Source: Thermodesulfobacteriota bacterium (lineage in GTDB: Bacteria > Desulfobacterota > Desulfobacteria > Desulfobacterales > C00003060). From it: a stretch of 64,000 nucleotides of DNA. Positions 19,040-30,285 of this stretch are shown here, one piece after another. The stretch's first letter is position 1. Each line of letters begins with the position of its first letter. The notes beneath the pieces were generated by a model, which did not search any database, was not told where the DNA came from, and saw only the letters and a program-made list of their open reading frames with translations. Both the position numbers and the translations under genes were made by a program. The stretch covers positions 1-64,000 of the forward strand of contig JAXHVD010000016.1 in the NCBI GenBank assembly GCA_034189385.1, in the 5' to 3' direction.

Positions 19040-19462
19040 CTAATAAGGCCTTTCCAAATCCTTACGTTGATATAGATGCTCACGATCCTTAAAAGTTGAT
19101 CCTGAGCCCGTCTTCCATTCTTTCAGTCTTAACGGATCGAATCCTAAGAGTTGTCTTATTACGCCAACGGGAGTCACCAATATGAAGAAGACCATTGTTA
19201 AGACTATTCTTGATACAACACTTCCTACCATGTAGGATATGCCAATCCAAAGTCTGGCTATAGGCCGAAACAGGCCAGGAAATATCATATCTGTCACAAG
19301 GACCAGCATCGCCAATATTAGACAGATTCTGCTGTTAGCAAAATAGGCAATCAGGCAAAAGATTAGACAAATAGCCATGCCTGTATCCTTTGCCTGATGG
19401 TTGCTTATCCTTTTTGGAAAGAGACTACTGCCCTGCATTATTTGCGGATAGGGCATATCCAA
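19040..19462 (-). CDS. SxtJ-family membrane protein
   Basis: TM segments, P...W..., FFILVTPVG..RQLLGFDPLRL, and C-terminal DLERPY; start uncertain. Confidence 0.85.
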   Translation of the reverse strand: MDMPYPQIMQGSSLFPKRISNHQAKDTGMAICLIFCLIAYFANSRICLILAMLVLVTDMIFPGLFRPIARLWIGISYMVGSVVSRIVLTMVFFILVTPVGVIRQLLGFDPLRLKEWKTGSGSTFKDREHLYQRKDLERPY

Positions 19463-19636
19463 ATCCTTTTTGTGCTAATGATCATGACATTTGTATATAT
19501 CGATTGCGAGCATGCTTCTTAGGCGTACATATTAACCTTAGATGGGGTTCTGGAATGTTAGTGATATCTAATAGCTCGATGTCACCTAGGGTAAGGATAT
19601 AACGAAGATAGCCCTGAAGGCCGTGCTTACGACAAC

Positions 19637-20713
19637 CTATTCGAAGGCCTTGAACCGCTCTATACGAGCGAGGCCTCTATCCGCTAGTATCCTGAGTTTT
19701 GTGCCAAGAGCTTTACGAAGTATTATTACATTTGATGCATACCTTTCCTCGGCTCCGAGAGCATATTTATACTTTTCATCACCTCGAAGAAAGTCGTATT
19801 TTTGAAAGCCGTGGTCAATGGCGTAACGAATATTGTGGGCTACGGCTAATTGACCTGGAGATCTTATCTGAGTGTAGGATGCATTATAGCAATTGAAAAA
19901 TTCAAAAATAGTCTGCCTGTGTCGATCAGGAAATGATGCGACTCCCGCGACCGGTGTATTCATGTCCCAAAGAAGCATGATGCGAAGACAGTCATTATGA
20001 TGGCAACTCTCAAAAACATTGTGAATGTGATCCAAATAGTTTCTCTGCTTGGATCCCCAACGTTTCTGCCACAAGGCGAGGAGTGCGTCAACCTGAGGAA
20101 CCAAGTTGGTCTTATCGGCTACAGTGACAGTCAAATCGTCAACATTTTCCATTTCTGTGAAAGAACGACGCACATTCCTTCGGGTTTTCGGCCCTAATGA
20201 GGCTGTTAGGTACTGGTCCCACGAGGATGGAAGATTTATGTATGGGCAGCCAGTCTGCGTTAGTTCCACAGTATCAAACTCCTTTGAATCAAACTCCAGT
20301 AGAAACCGCTCGAGTCGTTCGTCCAAAACACCGTTCAATCGAAATCGTTCCCACTTGATTTTCCTTTTAATGTAATAAGCGAAAGCTGACATGGCCTTTT
20401 CTTCGTATTCCGAGGAGCAAAGAAAACCGGTGTAGTCCGCCATGGGATAGCCTCCCAAGGCGAGCTCTCGGACTAGCTTAGATCTCCAGTCTGGTCTTAC
20501 ACGTAGGACAAGTGGAAGAAAGGCAACGTAAGGTGATGTACTAGTGGATCTCAAACCAAGAATAAGCCACTGATGTGAAGTTCTTTCAAGCCATCCGAAC
20601 AACCATGCCCACGACAAGAAGAATGTAGCCTTTTTGTCGTGGGCATAAAGTTCATTCCATGCGGGCTTCAAATATGTCAATTGGGTCAACTTTTCAAAGA
20701 CGTCTATTTTCAT
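19637..20713 (-). CDS. GNAT-family acyltransferase (CelD/BcsL-like)
   Basis: W..L...FFLSWAW, ADYTGFL, SPG.L and YDFLRGDEKYK motifs; start set at MKIDVFE. Confidence 0.85.
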   Translation of the reverse strand: MKIDVFEKLTQLTYLKPAWNELYAHDKKATFFLSWAWLFGWLERTSHQWLILGLRSTSTSPYVAFLPLVLRVRPDWRSKLVRELALGGYPMADYTGFLCSSEYEEKAMSAFAYYIKRKIKWERFRLNGVLDERLERFLLEFDSKEFDTVELTQTGCPYINLPSSWDQYLTASLGPKTRRNVRRSFTEMENVDDLTVTVADKTNLVPQVDALLALWQKRWGSKQRNYLDHIHNVFESCHHNDCLRIMLLWDMNTPVAGVASFPDRHRQTIFEFFNCYNASYTQIRSPGQLAVAHNIRYAIDHGFQKYDFLRGDEKYKYALGAEERYASNVIILRKALGTKLRILADRGLARIERFKAFE

Positions 20714-20898
20714 TGACCAACCATTAGGCTCAAATTCTCTGTGGAAACTGTGGACCGTTAGAGTCGAGCGTCTGCCGAAGAGTGGGGGTAGGCATGACCT
20801 TGCGTTCGGTTCTGAAGAGCGCTGAATGTAACTGATTAATCCTCCGCAAACACAATGGAAAAAGTGGAGATTGTGAGGCCGAAGCAATCGTGGTTAGT

Positions 20899-22149
20899 CT
20901 AGAGAATTGTTCTATATCTGGATAATAGGTCCTCTGCTCTTTGTTCCCATGAGAAGGTCTCAATGGCGCGCTGACGCGCAGCCTTTCCCATAGATGTTCT
21001 CAACTCGGCATGGGAAAGAAGATGAATGATCGCTTCAGCCAAAGGTGAAGCATCACCAGGATCAGTTAAGTAGCCGGTCTCACCGTCGACCACAATGTCT
21101 GTCATCCCGCCGATACGGGTAGCTATTACCGGTGTGCTTGCAGCCATCGCTTCAACAAGTGTCATTCCAAATGACTCACTTAACGATGGGTTTATAAGCA
21201 TTTTCGCTGCGTGATAATGCCGTACTAAATCCTTCCGAGGAAGCTTTCCCAAAAAACTTATTGCGGTTTCAAGCTTTAGCTGTCTAACTTGAGCTACTAA
21301 CTGGTCGTAGTAGGACGAGTTCTGACGATAGAAGAATGAAAGCTCAGAGACAACGTCCTCGTCGCTTAAGCCAACAATATATTCGAAAGGCAATTGCCCC
21401 TTGGCTCCTATAATCGCGAGTCTTACCTTCGGGAAGCTCCTCCTTACTATTTGCACCGCTTCTATTAAGATATGGACGCCTTTCTCTGGCGAAACTCTCC
21501 CTACAAAAAGCAAGTCCGGGGGCTTTGTGCCGGTCTCGTTCTTGGCAATGCGGTAGTCGTATTTAGCTATATCAACATCAACGCCATTAAAAACGGTTTG
21601 ACAGCGACTTGAATATTGAGGGAAGCGCGCTTGAATCTTATTAGTAATGTGATTGCTGACCCCTGATATGAGATCGACCCGGCTGAGGCGATTCTCGATT
21701 AACGGTTTATCGAGTTGAGTCAACCATTCGCACTGCATTTCTAATAACACCTTGATCGTAGGATTGAAGAACTTAATTATTGATACATACTGAGAGAAGT
21801 TGAAGAGATGAACGATATCGCATTGGCGCAACCTTAAGTCAAGTGCAACTTGTAGGATGTATAGGAAATAATAGAGACTAGAGGAAAAGAAGTGATCGGT
21901 GGGAAACAGATGTTTTGATATGCGGCTTAACAAAGGAAACAGGAAGGCATCCGAAGCCAAGGGAATAAACCGGTAATTGACCCCCTGTATAACGCGCTGT
22001 GTTTTTGTATACTCATTGCCTTTTGAGTAGACTGTGGTGTGGCAGTTTTGAGATAATCTTATGGCAGTCTCATAAATGATGATACCAATTGAGTTTTGAC
22101 CTGGTGGAAGAACTTTGTCGAAAGGCTGTGCGACGAGAGCAATCCGCAT
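20899..22149 (-). CDS. Glycosyltransferase family 4
   Basis: FVGRVSPEKG and ESFGMTLVEAM motifs. Confidence 0.92.
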   Translation of the reverse strand: MRIALVAQPFDKVLPPGQNSIGIIIYETAIRLSQNCHTTVYSKGNEYTKTQRVIQGVNYRFIPLASDAFLFPLLSRISKHLFPTDHFFSSSLYYFLYILQVALDLRLRQCDIVHLFNFSQYVSIIKFFNPTIKVLLEMQCEWLTQLDKPLIENRLSRVDLISGVSNHITNKIQARFPQYSSRCQTVFNGVDVDIAKYDYRIAKNETGTKPPDLLFVGRVSPEKGVHILIEAVQIVRRSFPKVRLAIIGAKGQLPFEYIVGLSDEDVVSELSFFYRQNSSYYDQLVAQVRQLKLETAISFLGKLPRKDLVRHYHAAKMLINPSLSESFGMTLVEAMAASTPVIATRIGGMTDIVVDGETGYLTDPGDASPLAEAIIHLLSHAELRTSMGKAARQRAIETFSWEQRAEDLLSRYRTIL

Positions 22150-22255
22150 CAATACCCCCACAGTTTACACTATCTTGGGTGTGTTTTGAGAATGGTCGAT
22201 GTAAAGTAGGCCGACATCTTGTAGTTGCTCAGGAGGCACGTCGGGCGCAGATACT

Positions 22256-23497
22256 CTATGGTGCATTCAGGTGCCAATGGCATGGGAAGAAAACTGTACC
22301 GTGCCGACTATCTATCCCCCGTCCTGAGTTATAAACATCGGATGGCTCAATATCTAAAACGGCGCAATGTTCTAGAATATCGTAGTCTGGCCTGCCAACA
22401 CTAGCTATCCAAAGAGTAAGATAGTACCTGGCTGGCATTAGGTTCACAAAATCAAAGTTCACATCAATATATCCACATCCACGTGGCAAATGATCTATGT
22501 CATACCGGGCCGCCCAGGTACTAACCTCTGTGACAAGAACTCCCAGTTCAGTGTAAATCTCTAGCCCGAAGTGGGGCCTATTTGTGTTCTCGTGGACCCT
22601 ATAGTGGAGCCTTACAATGAAAGAATCGCCGCTACGAACTAATTGTTTAGGTCGCTTATCAGAAGTGAGATATTCAATCCCCGTAAACTGAATATTACCA
22701 GTCCCTCTTCTGTCCTCTATTTTGCTCAGGTCAGATGCACATTTTTCGAGTCGCGTGAAGGTAGACATATATTCCTTTATAATGTGGCTGGTTGCCCCAT
22801 CCTGGCGGATGCTCCCTTTGTCTACCCAAATTGTACGCGGACAAAGATTCTCCACGGCGAGCATGTTGTGAGAAACAAGGAGCACTGTTCTGCCGCTGCC
22901 GCTCAAATCGTCCATAGCTTTAAGGCATTTTTTTTGAAATTCCGCATCGCCGACTGCCAAGACCTCATCCACAAGCAATACATCTGCATCTAAATGAGCA
23001 GCCACAGAAAAGCCAAGTCGTAAGCGCATGCCGGACGAATAACGTTTAATAGGAGTATCGATGAATGTTGCGACATCAGCAAATGCTACAATCTGATCCA
23101 GTCTATCGTTTATCTCCCTTTTGGTCATACCCAATATGGACCCATTCAGATAGATATTCTCTCGCCCGGTTAGCTCCTCATGGAAACCAGTGCCCACTTC
23201 TAGAAGCGATGCCACCCGGCCAGAAACGTTTACAGTTCCCGATGTCGGGTAGGTGATCTTTGAAAGCACCTTTAAGAGCGTGCTCTTCCCGGCGCCATTT
23301 CGTCCTATAATGCCAAGAACTTCTCCTTGCTTAACTTCAAAAGTGACATCCTGAAGCGCCCATACGGTATGAAGTTTGCGCTTCATTAGAGGGCGCTTTA
23401 TGAAGTCAATTAGTGCATCGCGAAGCTGCGTTTGGCCATGGAGCTCTCCAATTTGGTATTGTTTCGATAGCTTGTCAACGGTTATAGAATGTGGCAT
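22256..23497 (-). CDS. wzt: Polysaccharide ABC exporter ATPase with Wzt_C domain
   Basis: GRNGAGKST, YSSGM signature, DEVLAVGD, and C-terminal carbohydrate-binding extension. Confidence 0.93.
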   Translation of the reverse strand: MPHSITVDKLSKQYQIGELHGQTQLRDALIDFIKRPLMKRKLHTVWALQDVTFEVKQGEVLGIIGRNGAGKSTLLKVLSKITYPTSGTVNVSGRVASLLEVGTGFHEELTGRENIYLNGSILGMTKREINDRLDQIVAFADVATFIDTPIKRYSSGMRLRLGFSVAAHLDADVLLVDEVLAVGDAEFQKKCLKAMDDLSGSGRTVLLVSHNMLAVENLCPRTIWVDKGSIRQDGATSHIIKEYMSTFTRLEKCASDLSKIEDRRGTGNIQFTGIEYLTSDKRPKQLVRSGDSFIVRLHYRVHENTNRPHFGLEIYTELGVLVTEVSTWAARYDIDHLPRGCGYIDVNFDFVNLMPARYYLTLWIASVGRPDYDILEHCAVLDIEPSDVYNSGRGIDSRHGTVFFPCHWHLNAP

Positions 23498-23515
23498 TAA
23501 GAGACCTCAGTTGTG

Positions 23516-24301
23516 CTAAATAATATCCGCAAAGCGTTTCTCAGTCTTGTGAAAGTAGACCATACCGATTGAGAATATACTTAACGCGAGGAGAGACGAC
23601 ACACCTAGCATTAGCCAATCAATCTCTCTGGTAGGAATGAGAGAAGCGCGAAATGCCTCAATGATTCCACTCAAGGGATTGATTGCGACAAGCACTCGAA
23701 AGCGGTCAGGGATGATACTAGTAGGGTAGATGATTGGTGTCAAGAACAGCCATAGCTGTATCACAAAAGGTATGGCATATTTAACATCTCTATATTTCAC
23801 GTTTAATGCTGCGAGTATCATTCCGACACCCATGGCGAGTATCAAGAGAGTAAGAATAAGGACAGGCCACAAAAGAAGAGAGATTGTCGGCTGAATACGG
23901 TAGTATACCATCATTCCCAATAAGACTACGAAGGCGATGCCAAAATCGAGCAAGCCGCTTATTGTTGCTGATGCAGGAATAGTCATTCTTGGAAAATACA
24001 CTTTTGTAAGGAGGTTCGCGTTGCCGACGAGACTATTCCCGGCGTTGGAAAGGGCTCCAGAAAAGTATGTCCAGGGAAGAAGAGCACTGTACGAAAAGAG
24101 CGGATATGGAATCCCGTCGCTGGGCATCCTGGCCAAACGGCCAAAGAAGAGAGTAAAAACGATCATGGTAAAAAAAGGCTGAATTACAGCCCAGGATGCG
24201 CCGAGCACGGTTTGTTTGTAACGAACCTTGATGTCCCGCCATACGAAGAAGTAGAACAGTTCTCTGTAGCGCCAGAGCTCTCTAAAAAACTCCCTATCCA
24301 T
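23516..24301 (-). CDS. wzm: Polysaccharide ABC exporter permease
   Basis: RDIKVRYKQTVLG..W, KVYFPR, TPIIYP and NP motifs; six TMs. Confidence 0.93.
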   Translation of the reverse strand: MDREFFRELWRYRELFYFFVWRDIKVRYKQTVLGASWAVIQPFFTMIVFTLFFGRLARMPSDGIPYPLFSYSALLPWTYFSGALSNAGNSLVGNANLLTKVYFPRMTIPASATISGLLDFGIAFVVLLGMMVYYRIQPTISLLLWPVLILTLLILAMGVGMILAALNVKYRDVKYAIPFVIQLWLFLTPIIYPTSIIPDRFRVLVAINPLSGIIEAFRASLIPTREIDWLMLGVSSLLALSIFSIGMVYFHKTEKRFADII

Positions 24302-24426
24302 GACTGTGTCCCTCTGGTTTTGACGTTCCAACTCAGCTCTTACTGAGATCTGGGTAACTACGGCAAGACTCTGTTGAACATTGGCTTATTAGTGGACCCG
24401 GCGGTACTATTTCGGCAAAAGTAGGT

Positions 24427-25614
24427 TCATACTGAAAGAAGGTCACTTGATATCCCCATCTGTTGCAGGAGATCATGAATCTCCTTCTTGTATATTGGAT
24501 TCATGACGATTATTGCGTCAGGATCATAATGGCGCAAAACATCCGGAGTCACAATTTGTTGGGCTGTCCCTGGAATATGCCTGCCATGCTTAAAGGGATT
24601 AATATCTACTACATATGGAATCTGGTCGGTCACATTGCAGGTATTCAAAAAGGTAACCCCTTTGGATCCTGCCCCCCAAAGCACTACTCTCATGTCGTGA
24701 GTGGCGATTCTTTCCAGTTCTTCTTTCCACCATTCGAGCCGTCTGTGGTACCTATCGGAAAAGGCCTTAGTAGCTTCAGTAAATTTAGCGGTGCCCTTGC
24801 ATTTGCTTTCATTGAAGGGGGAAGGTACGAGAAGGGGGATTGCGTCGACACAAAGAAACTGCGTTTCGTATGATTCGCTCACTTTTGTGGGTAAAAAGCC
24901 TAGAGAACGAAATAGATAGGCAAGAGATTGTGGAGTAAAATATCCGCAATGTTCGTAAATTACATCCCAGATACCAAGTCCCTTCAAAGTGTATAGGACA
25001 TTTGGCACTTCAAAGAAAACAACTGTTTCTAGCCTGTTTCCTATTGCTCGGCGGATTGTTGACAAGAATTCGATGGGATCATGTATATGCTCTAAAACGT
25101 GAGAACAACATATGAGGTCTGCACTATATGTGTTGTAATGCTCTGAGTAGAAGTCCTTTATTACAGTAATGCGAGCCTCGGGGTCGAAGGCAATACGATC
25201 AGACTCGAAGCTGGGATCAAAGCCGGTACCTCTATTTCGGCCAACTTTACAAAGCAGGTTCAAAAACTCACCTTTTCCGCATCCAATTTCAACAATATGC
25301 TTGTCGTGCAATCCATAGTCTTTAATTAGTCTCTCCGCCAGAGATTCGGCGTATTCGCGGAAGCGGGGAGAGAAATATAGGGAATTGTCGTAGTACTGCC
25401 CGTATTCCATAAGCTTTGGATCGAAGGCAGCATTAAAAACATGGGTGCAATTGACGCAGGATGCCAAGCGAATGTCTCCTCGAGGGACGGCAAGAGCCTC
25501 TTGGCGGGTCGATAAGAGTCGATTGCAATGAACAGGGACGTTGGGTATCTCAACAAATAATGATATGTCTTCGGAATTGCATACCGGACATGTATTGTGA
25601 TATGGATTAGCCAC
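24427..25614 (-). CDS. SAM-dependent sugar C-methyltransferase-like protein (paralog 3)
   Basis: CPVC...CVNC Zn site, EIGCGKG, HVLEH, YEHCGYF, WGAGSKG and VDINP motifs. Confidence 0.85.
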   Translation of the reverse strand: MANPYHNTCPVCNSEDISLFVEIPNVPVHCNRLLSTRQEALAVPRGDIRLASCVNCTHVFNAAFDPKLMEYGQYYDNSLYFSPRFREYAESLAERLIKDYGLHDKHIVEIGCGKGEFLNLLCKVGRNRGTGFDPSFESDRIAFDPEARITVIKDFYSEHYNTYSADLICCSHVLEHIHDPIEFLSTIRRAIGNRLETVVFFEVPNVLYTLKGLGIWDVIYEHCGYFTPQSLAYLFRSLGFLPTKVSESYETQFLCVDAIPLLVPSPFNESKCKGTAKFTEATKAFSDRYHRRLEWWKEELERIATHDMRVVLWGAGSKGVTFLNTCNVTDQIPYVVDINPFKHGRHIPGTAQQIVTPDVLRHYDPDAIIVMNPIYKKEIHDLLQQMGISSDLLSV

Positions 25615-25708
25615 TTGGAACTACCGGCTCCCCGAGGGAACGGGGGGCTTTGAGTCTAAGGATCTGCTGAGATACTGCGAGAAGCCTCGGTCTGGTGAAT
25701 TTCCGGTC

Positions 25709-26938
25709 TTAATGGAAAGCGACAAGTTCTGGGGCCAAGTTCATTTTGGTGAGATCGTGTTGGATTTCTTCACGATAAATGGCATTCATGGCAATGACCA
25801 CATCCGGCCTATAATCTTTTAGGAAGTTTGGATGTACAATTTCTTGGCCAGTCCCCGCCATGAAGGTCCCTTGCCGGTATGGATTGATGTCGACGACGTA
25901 CTCAACGCCTTCGGTAACGGGAAAGGTTGTCAGGAATGCTACAGCCTTGGACCCTGATCCCCAGAGGACGAGACGTTGCTTTTTGGCAAGGACCTGTTCA
26001 ACGTATCTCTGCCAGGCTGCGACCTTCTCTTGATATTTTGTTTTGAAGGCATTGACACAGGTTCTAAGGTTCTCAATATCATTTTCTTCAGGAAAGGGGG
26101 CGGAAGTTGGTGGCACTGCCGGCTTGGCTTCAAGGGTAAGGTATTGATTGTCATAGTCCGTTGCCAGATTGAGTACATCGAAGCCGCACCTTCTAAAAAG
26201 TCTTGCCATAGAGCCAGGGCTAAAATAGGAACAGTGTTCATAATAGATATCCTGAAAGGCGGTATCTCGCAAAATACGGGTTGCGTCCGGAACCTGAAAA
26301 AAAAGAATAGTCTCATTCCGATTGCCGATAGTCCGCCTCACCATGTTCACAAAGTCTGCGGTATTGTAAATGTGCTCAAGCGTCATGACGCAACACAGGA
26401 AATCTGCGCTATGATCAGCGTATTTCTCTGAGAAATAGTCCTGGATGAAGACGATCCGGTCACTCCCTTCACCGCTAACCCTGCCGGGAACGAAGGCAGG
26501 GTCAAAACCTACACCGCGGTTTTCACCTAGCTCGCAAAGGAGGGATAAGAAATCCCCTTTTCCACATCCGATTTCAAGGACTTCTTTGTGACGAAGATCG
26601 TACTTTTGTGTTAGGTAACCTGCAAGGCGGCGAGAGTAGGCGTTGTGCGTGGGTGAGAAACTTTGAGATTCTTCACACTCAGCCGAGTATTTGAGTAATC
26701 GGCCATCAAACGCAACATTGGAGACAAATCCACAATCGTGGCAAAAGGCCAACGAAACATCGCCCCTGGGATAATCAAGTGCCTTCCCACGAGTTGGCAA
26801 ATTTACAACGCTATTAACAGGGACGTTTCTCACCTCGTGAAAGACAGTCATTCCTTCTCTTTTACAGCTTGGGCACACGTGGGGATCCATTTCGGCATTC
26901 TCGGCTCCCTGAAAGTTTTCTCCTAAGTCACCTGTCAT
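25709..26938 (-). CDS. SAM-dependent sugar C-methyltransferase-like protein (paralog 2)
   Basis: CPSC...CHDC, EIGCGKG, TLEH, YEHCSYF and WGSGSK motifs. Confidence 0.85.
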   Translation of the reverse strand: MTGDLGENFQGAENAEMDPHVCPSCKREGMTVFHEVRNVPVNSVVNLPTRGKALDYPRGDVSLAFCHDCGFVSNVAFDGRLLKYSAECEESQSFSPTHNAYSRRLAGYLTQKYDLRHKEVLEIGCGKGDFLSLLCELGENRGVGFDPAFVPGRVSGEGSDRIVFIQDYFSEKYADHSADFLCCVMTLEHIYNTADFVNMVRRTIGNRNETILFFQVPDATRILRDTAFQDIYYEHCSYFSPGSMARLFRRCGFDVLNLATDYDNQYLTLEAKPAVPPTSAPFPEENDIENLRTCVNAFKTKYQEKVAAWQRYVEQVLAKKQRLVLWGSGSKAVAFLTTFPVTEGVEYVVDINPYRQGTFMAGTGQEIVHPNFLKDYRPDVVIAMNAIYREEIQHDLTKMNLAPELVAFH

Positions 26939-27082
26939 TGAACTATCGTATTCTCATCGTAAAAAGCAGTGCCAGTGAGTGCCTCTGTGCCCTAAAGGGT
27001 GAATGTCTCCCGAAAGTAGGGTTTTTGAGCAAAAACAGGCGAGGTCCTATTTTGGAATTCAGTGGAGACATTAGACTTCGCG

Positions 27083-28315
27083 CTAGACTATCTTGGGCTC
27101 AGGGACAGGTATTATGAACCGTCCTCCAGCTTTTAGAAAGGGGTCTTGCTGTTGTAAGATCTCTTCTGCAAAATTCCAGGCAAGGAGTAAAACGTAATCT
27201 GGCATTTCTTGTAGAAGCTTTTCAGTGCCATAAATTGGAAGATGTTTTCCAGGCATATACTTTCCGTGCTTATGTGAATTCCTATCTACAACAAAGTCAA
27301 TAATGCTACTGTCAATTCCAACGTAATTTATCAAGGTCGCCCCTTTTGCTGCGGCACCGTAAGCAGCAATTGTCTTCCCATCCGCTCTGAGTGATAAGAG
27401 GAGATCTCTTAGGGTGTGCTTTAGCTGAACAACCGTTTTCGAAAAGTCGTAATAATAGGTAAACTTATCCGTCTCCAGTTCAGTCTCTGTCTGCAGGAAT
27501 GAATGCACTGACTCCTGAACAGATTCATACCTGTTTACATATAGTCTCAGGGAGCCACCATGAATCGGTAGGGGTTTTACGTGATTCAGATATAGTGAAT
27601 GCCTTCGAAAGAGATGATCTAGAGAAGTAACAGAAAAATAACACAGGTGTTCGTGATAGATTGTGTCGAACTCGCAGTGGTCCACCAAATCCCTTACGTA
27701 AGGGACTTCTATGACCGCAACACCATCTTCTTTCAATAATACTCCTATTCCTTCTACGAAACGGTTGGTGTCCGCCACATGTGCCAGTACGTTATTAGCG
27801 TGTACAACATCAGCTGCACGGCCTTCGTGACGCAGGCTTTGGGCCAGTTCCACATCAAAGAAAGTGGTAAGTGTTGGAATGTTGTTCTTTATAGCCTCCT
27901 TGGCTGGCCCCTCTGCTGGGTCTATCCCGAGGCAAGGGATGCCATTTTGTACATAATTCCTAAGGAGATAACCGTCATTGCTGGCGAGCTCAACAACCAT
28001 ACTGTTGGCATTGAGATCTCTGGATGCAATGAGATCCAGAACGTTTTCTCGGGAATGTTTCAACAGGGCAGGAGAGAAGGAGGAAAAATAGGGATAGTCG
28101 TCACAAAATAGGACCTCTGGAGAGACTGTCTTCAAAATTTGGATCAAACTGCAATGGGGACAGAATGCAACCTCGAGTGGATAAAGGGGTTCTGGATGCT
28201 TGAGCATCTCCTCAGTCAAAAGACGATCGGCTAGTGGGGTTTCACCTAAATCCAGAAATACCTGTAGCCCAGGTTCGTTACATGAACGACAGTCATAGAA
28301 TTTGGTATCCTTCAT
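27083..28315 (-). CDS. NDP-hexose C-methyltransferase (TylCIII/NovU-like)
   Basis: CRSC...[37 protein letters not shown] and LLAWNF motifs. Confidence 0.92.
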   Translation of the reverse strand: MKDTKFYDCRSCNEPGLQVFLDLGETPLADRLLTEEMLKHPEPLYPLEVAFCPHCSLIQILKTVSPEVLFCDDYPYFSSFSPALLKHSRENVLDLIASRDLNANSMVVELASNDGYLLRNYVQNGIPCLGIDPAEGPAKEAIKNNIPTLTTFFDVELAQSLRHEGRAADVVHANNVLAHVADTNRFVEGIGVLLKEDGVAVIEVPYVRDLVDHCEFDTIYHEHLCYFSVTSLDHLFRRHSLYLNHVKPLPIHGGSLRLYVNRYESVQESVHSFLQTETELETDKFTYYYDFSKTVVQLKHTLRDLLLSLRADGKTIAAYGAAAKGATLINYVGIDSSIIDFVVDRNSHKHGKYMPGKHLPIYGTEKLLQEMPDYVLLLAWNFAEEILQQQDPFLKAGGRFIIPVPEPKIV

Positions 28316-28319
28316 GTTT

Positions 28320-29369
28320 CTAAGCCCCCAATGTCGTCTGTTGTGATGGCTTCCATCTTAGATCCTCATTCAGCAATCCTGTTGAAATTAGTTGCTTGAC
28401 GTGAGCAATTCGCATATATTTGGGGCCTTCAAACTCCTCTAGACTGAGACTTGCCCTCTTATAGGCCTCATAGAGCTGTTCTATGCCTTGCCGCGCCGTC
28501 CACTGTGGCTTGAACTCATGAAGGATGCGGGCGATCTTGCTACAGTCGACACGGTAGCACCGCGTGTCCGGACCAGCATCGGGAGCAAAGGCGATCTTGC
28601 ACCCGGGCACTATCTCTTTGACCAATTCCGCTATATCACGGATCTGATAGTTCTCAGTGGTGGTTCCAACATTGAAGGCTTCATTATGGATCAGTTCGCG
28701 AGGAGCATGTAGTGCCGCAACATAGGCTAAGCTTACGTCTTCAACATGCACGATAGGCCGCCATGGTGTCCCGTCACTCTTAAGATAGACATCGCCGGTA
28801 GTGTATGCCCATGCAGTCAGGTTGTTAGTAACCAAATCAAAGCGTATCCGGGGCGATAAGCCGTAAGCTGTGGATGCACGGATATGCGTAGGACTGAAAT
28901 CCCTATCCGCCATATCCGATAGGGCTGCTTCCACGTGGACCTTGGACCACCCATAGGGCGTGACTGGATTGAAGGAAGCTGCTTCGGTGAGGAAATCGGT
29001 GCCTGCCGCCCCATAGTTACTGCAAGAAGAAGCAAACAAAAAGCGTTTCACGCCAACTTCTTTAGCAGTTCTTGCCAACCTGATTGAGGCCTTTTCATTG
29101 ATCGCTGCGGTTAACTCTGGCTTGTAGTCTCCGAGCGGATCGTTGGAAAGACCGGCGAGATGGATGATTGCATCAAACCCCTCTACATGACGGGCTTGCG
29201 CATCTCGCACATCGATCTTCATGGTTTCAATCTCAGGGATCTCCCCGCCGAAGGTACTGCGTTCGTATAAGTCAGTGTCCATTCCAAGAACGTCGTGCCC
29301 GTGTTTAAGGAGCATAGGACACAAGACGGTTCCAATGTAACCGTTGTTTCCAGTAACCAGAACACGCAT
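28320..29369 (-). CDS. NAD-dependent nucleotide-sugar epimerase/dehydratase (SDR)
   Basis: [24 protein letters not shown] and YGWSK motifs. Confidence 0.9.
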   Translation of the reverse strand: MRVLVTGNNGYIGTVLCPMLLKHGHDVLGMDTDLYERSTFGGEIPEIETMKIDVRDAQARHVEGFDAIIHLAGLSNDPLGDYKPELTAAINEKASIRLARTAKEVGVKRFLFASSCSNYGAAGTDFLTEAASFNPVTPYGWSKVHVEAALSDMADRDFSPTHIRASTAYGLSPRIRFDLVTNNLTAWAYTTGDVYLKSDGTPWRPIVHVEDVSLAYVAALHAPRELIHNEAFNVGTTTENYQIRDIAELVKEIVPGCKIAFAPDAGPDTRCYRVDCSKIARILHEFKPQWTARQGIEQLYEAYKRASLSLEEFEGPKYMRIAHVKQLISTGLLNEDLRWKPSQQTTLGA

Positions 29370-29432
29370 GAGTACCCTCCGTGGCGGCTGAAAAGAAACC
29401 TCTTGGTTTCAAAGCCTCTTTGGTATTATCTG

Positions 29433-30254
29433 TCAGTTGCGGTTTTTGCAGTAGTCGTGTCGGTAGAAGATCTCATTTTGATGGAAGAAGCACTGGAGCC
29501 ATTCACCGTTTGATATGTCAGACAGAGTGAGCCAGTGGGGATCAGCTACCAACCTCGTCATTTGGGATCTATGCTGACTTAATGCCTCATATTTCTGGCT
29601 TAAAACGTCTCCTATCCATACAGCATGACCGAAATCCGTTAGCATGCGAACATTTGACAGACAGGTTTTAAATGCGGCATCTAACTTCTCTCTCATGCAG
29701 TATTGTGACCAGGTGACCCATGGCCATTGATGCCAAAACCATACTGGGTATTCATAGACTGTTATCTCGGCCTCATAGTCTCTTAGTGCAGCCAATACGC
29801 ACCTATTCGTTGCCCAATGATCCTCAAGGGCCTCTAAACGGTAGGGAATGAAAATTTCACGCGGCTCTGCAAGACATAAAATAGCCATCACCTTTTTGCG
29901 GGCAGCTTCCAGTCCGTCTCTCAATTTAGCGTCCTCGTATCCGAGGAACGTAATGTGATCCTCGTAAACCCCAAGTTTCTGGCATGCCTTGAGTGCCTCT
30001 CTTGCGCGCACTTCAGCCAAGGTCTCCTCATCAATGAGAGGCACGTGAGATCGTCTCCCATCCGTCATATAGACGATCTGAACACGAGCTCCTTCCTTTC
30101 TTTTCTTAATGATAGTACCCCCACACCCCAGAGTTTCGTCATCGGGATGGGGGGAGAAAACAATAGCAGAGTGACCTAAGTCCCGGATGGTAAGTTGGTG
30201 TCCTAAATACTGCATCAAGGACAAGTATAGCCGTTGGATGTGACTTCTTAACAC
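29433..30254 (-). CDS. PIG-L/LmbE family deacetylase
   Basis: SPHPDDETLGCGG, R..E, DH and H.SQ motifs. Confidence 0.9.
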   Translation of the reverse strand: MLRSHIQRLYLSLMQYLGHQLTIRDLGHSAIVFSPHPDDETLGCGGTIIKKRKEGARVQIVYMTDGRRSHVPLIDEETLAEVRAREALKACQKLGVYEDHITFLGYEDAKLRDGLEAARKKVMAILCLAEPREIFIPYRLEALEDHWATNRCVLAALRDYEAEITVYEYPVWFWHQWPWVTWSQYCMREKLDAAFKTCLSNVRMLTDFGHAVWIGDVLSQKYEALSQHRSQMTRLVADPHWLTLSDISNGEWLQCFFHQNEIFYRHDYCKNRN

Positions 30255-30285
30255 TGCTTACATGAGGAGGCCCTGGGAGTTTCAG

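Noticed and set aside
17009..19462. Saxitoxin biosynthesis cluster
   Set aside because: Only sxtI/J/K/L-like accessory genes are present; there is no sxtA/sxtG-like core and the context is polysaccharide synthesis.
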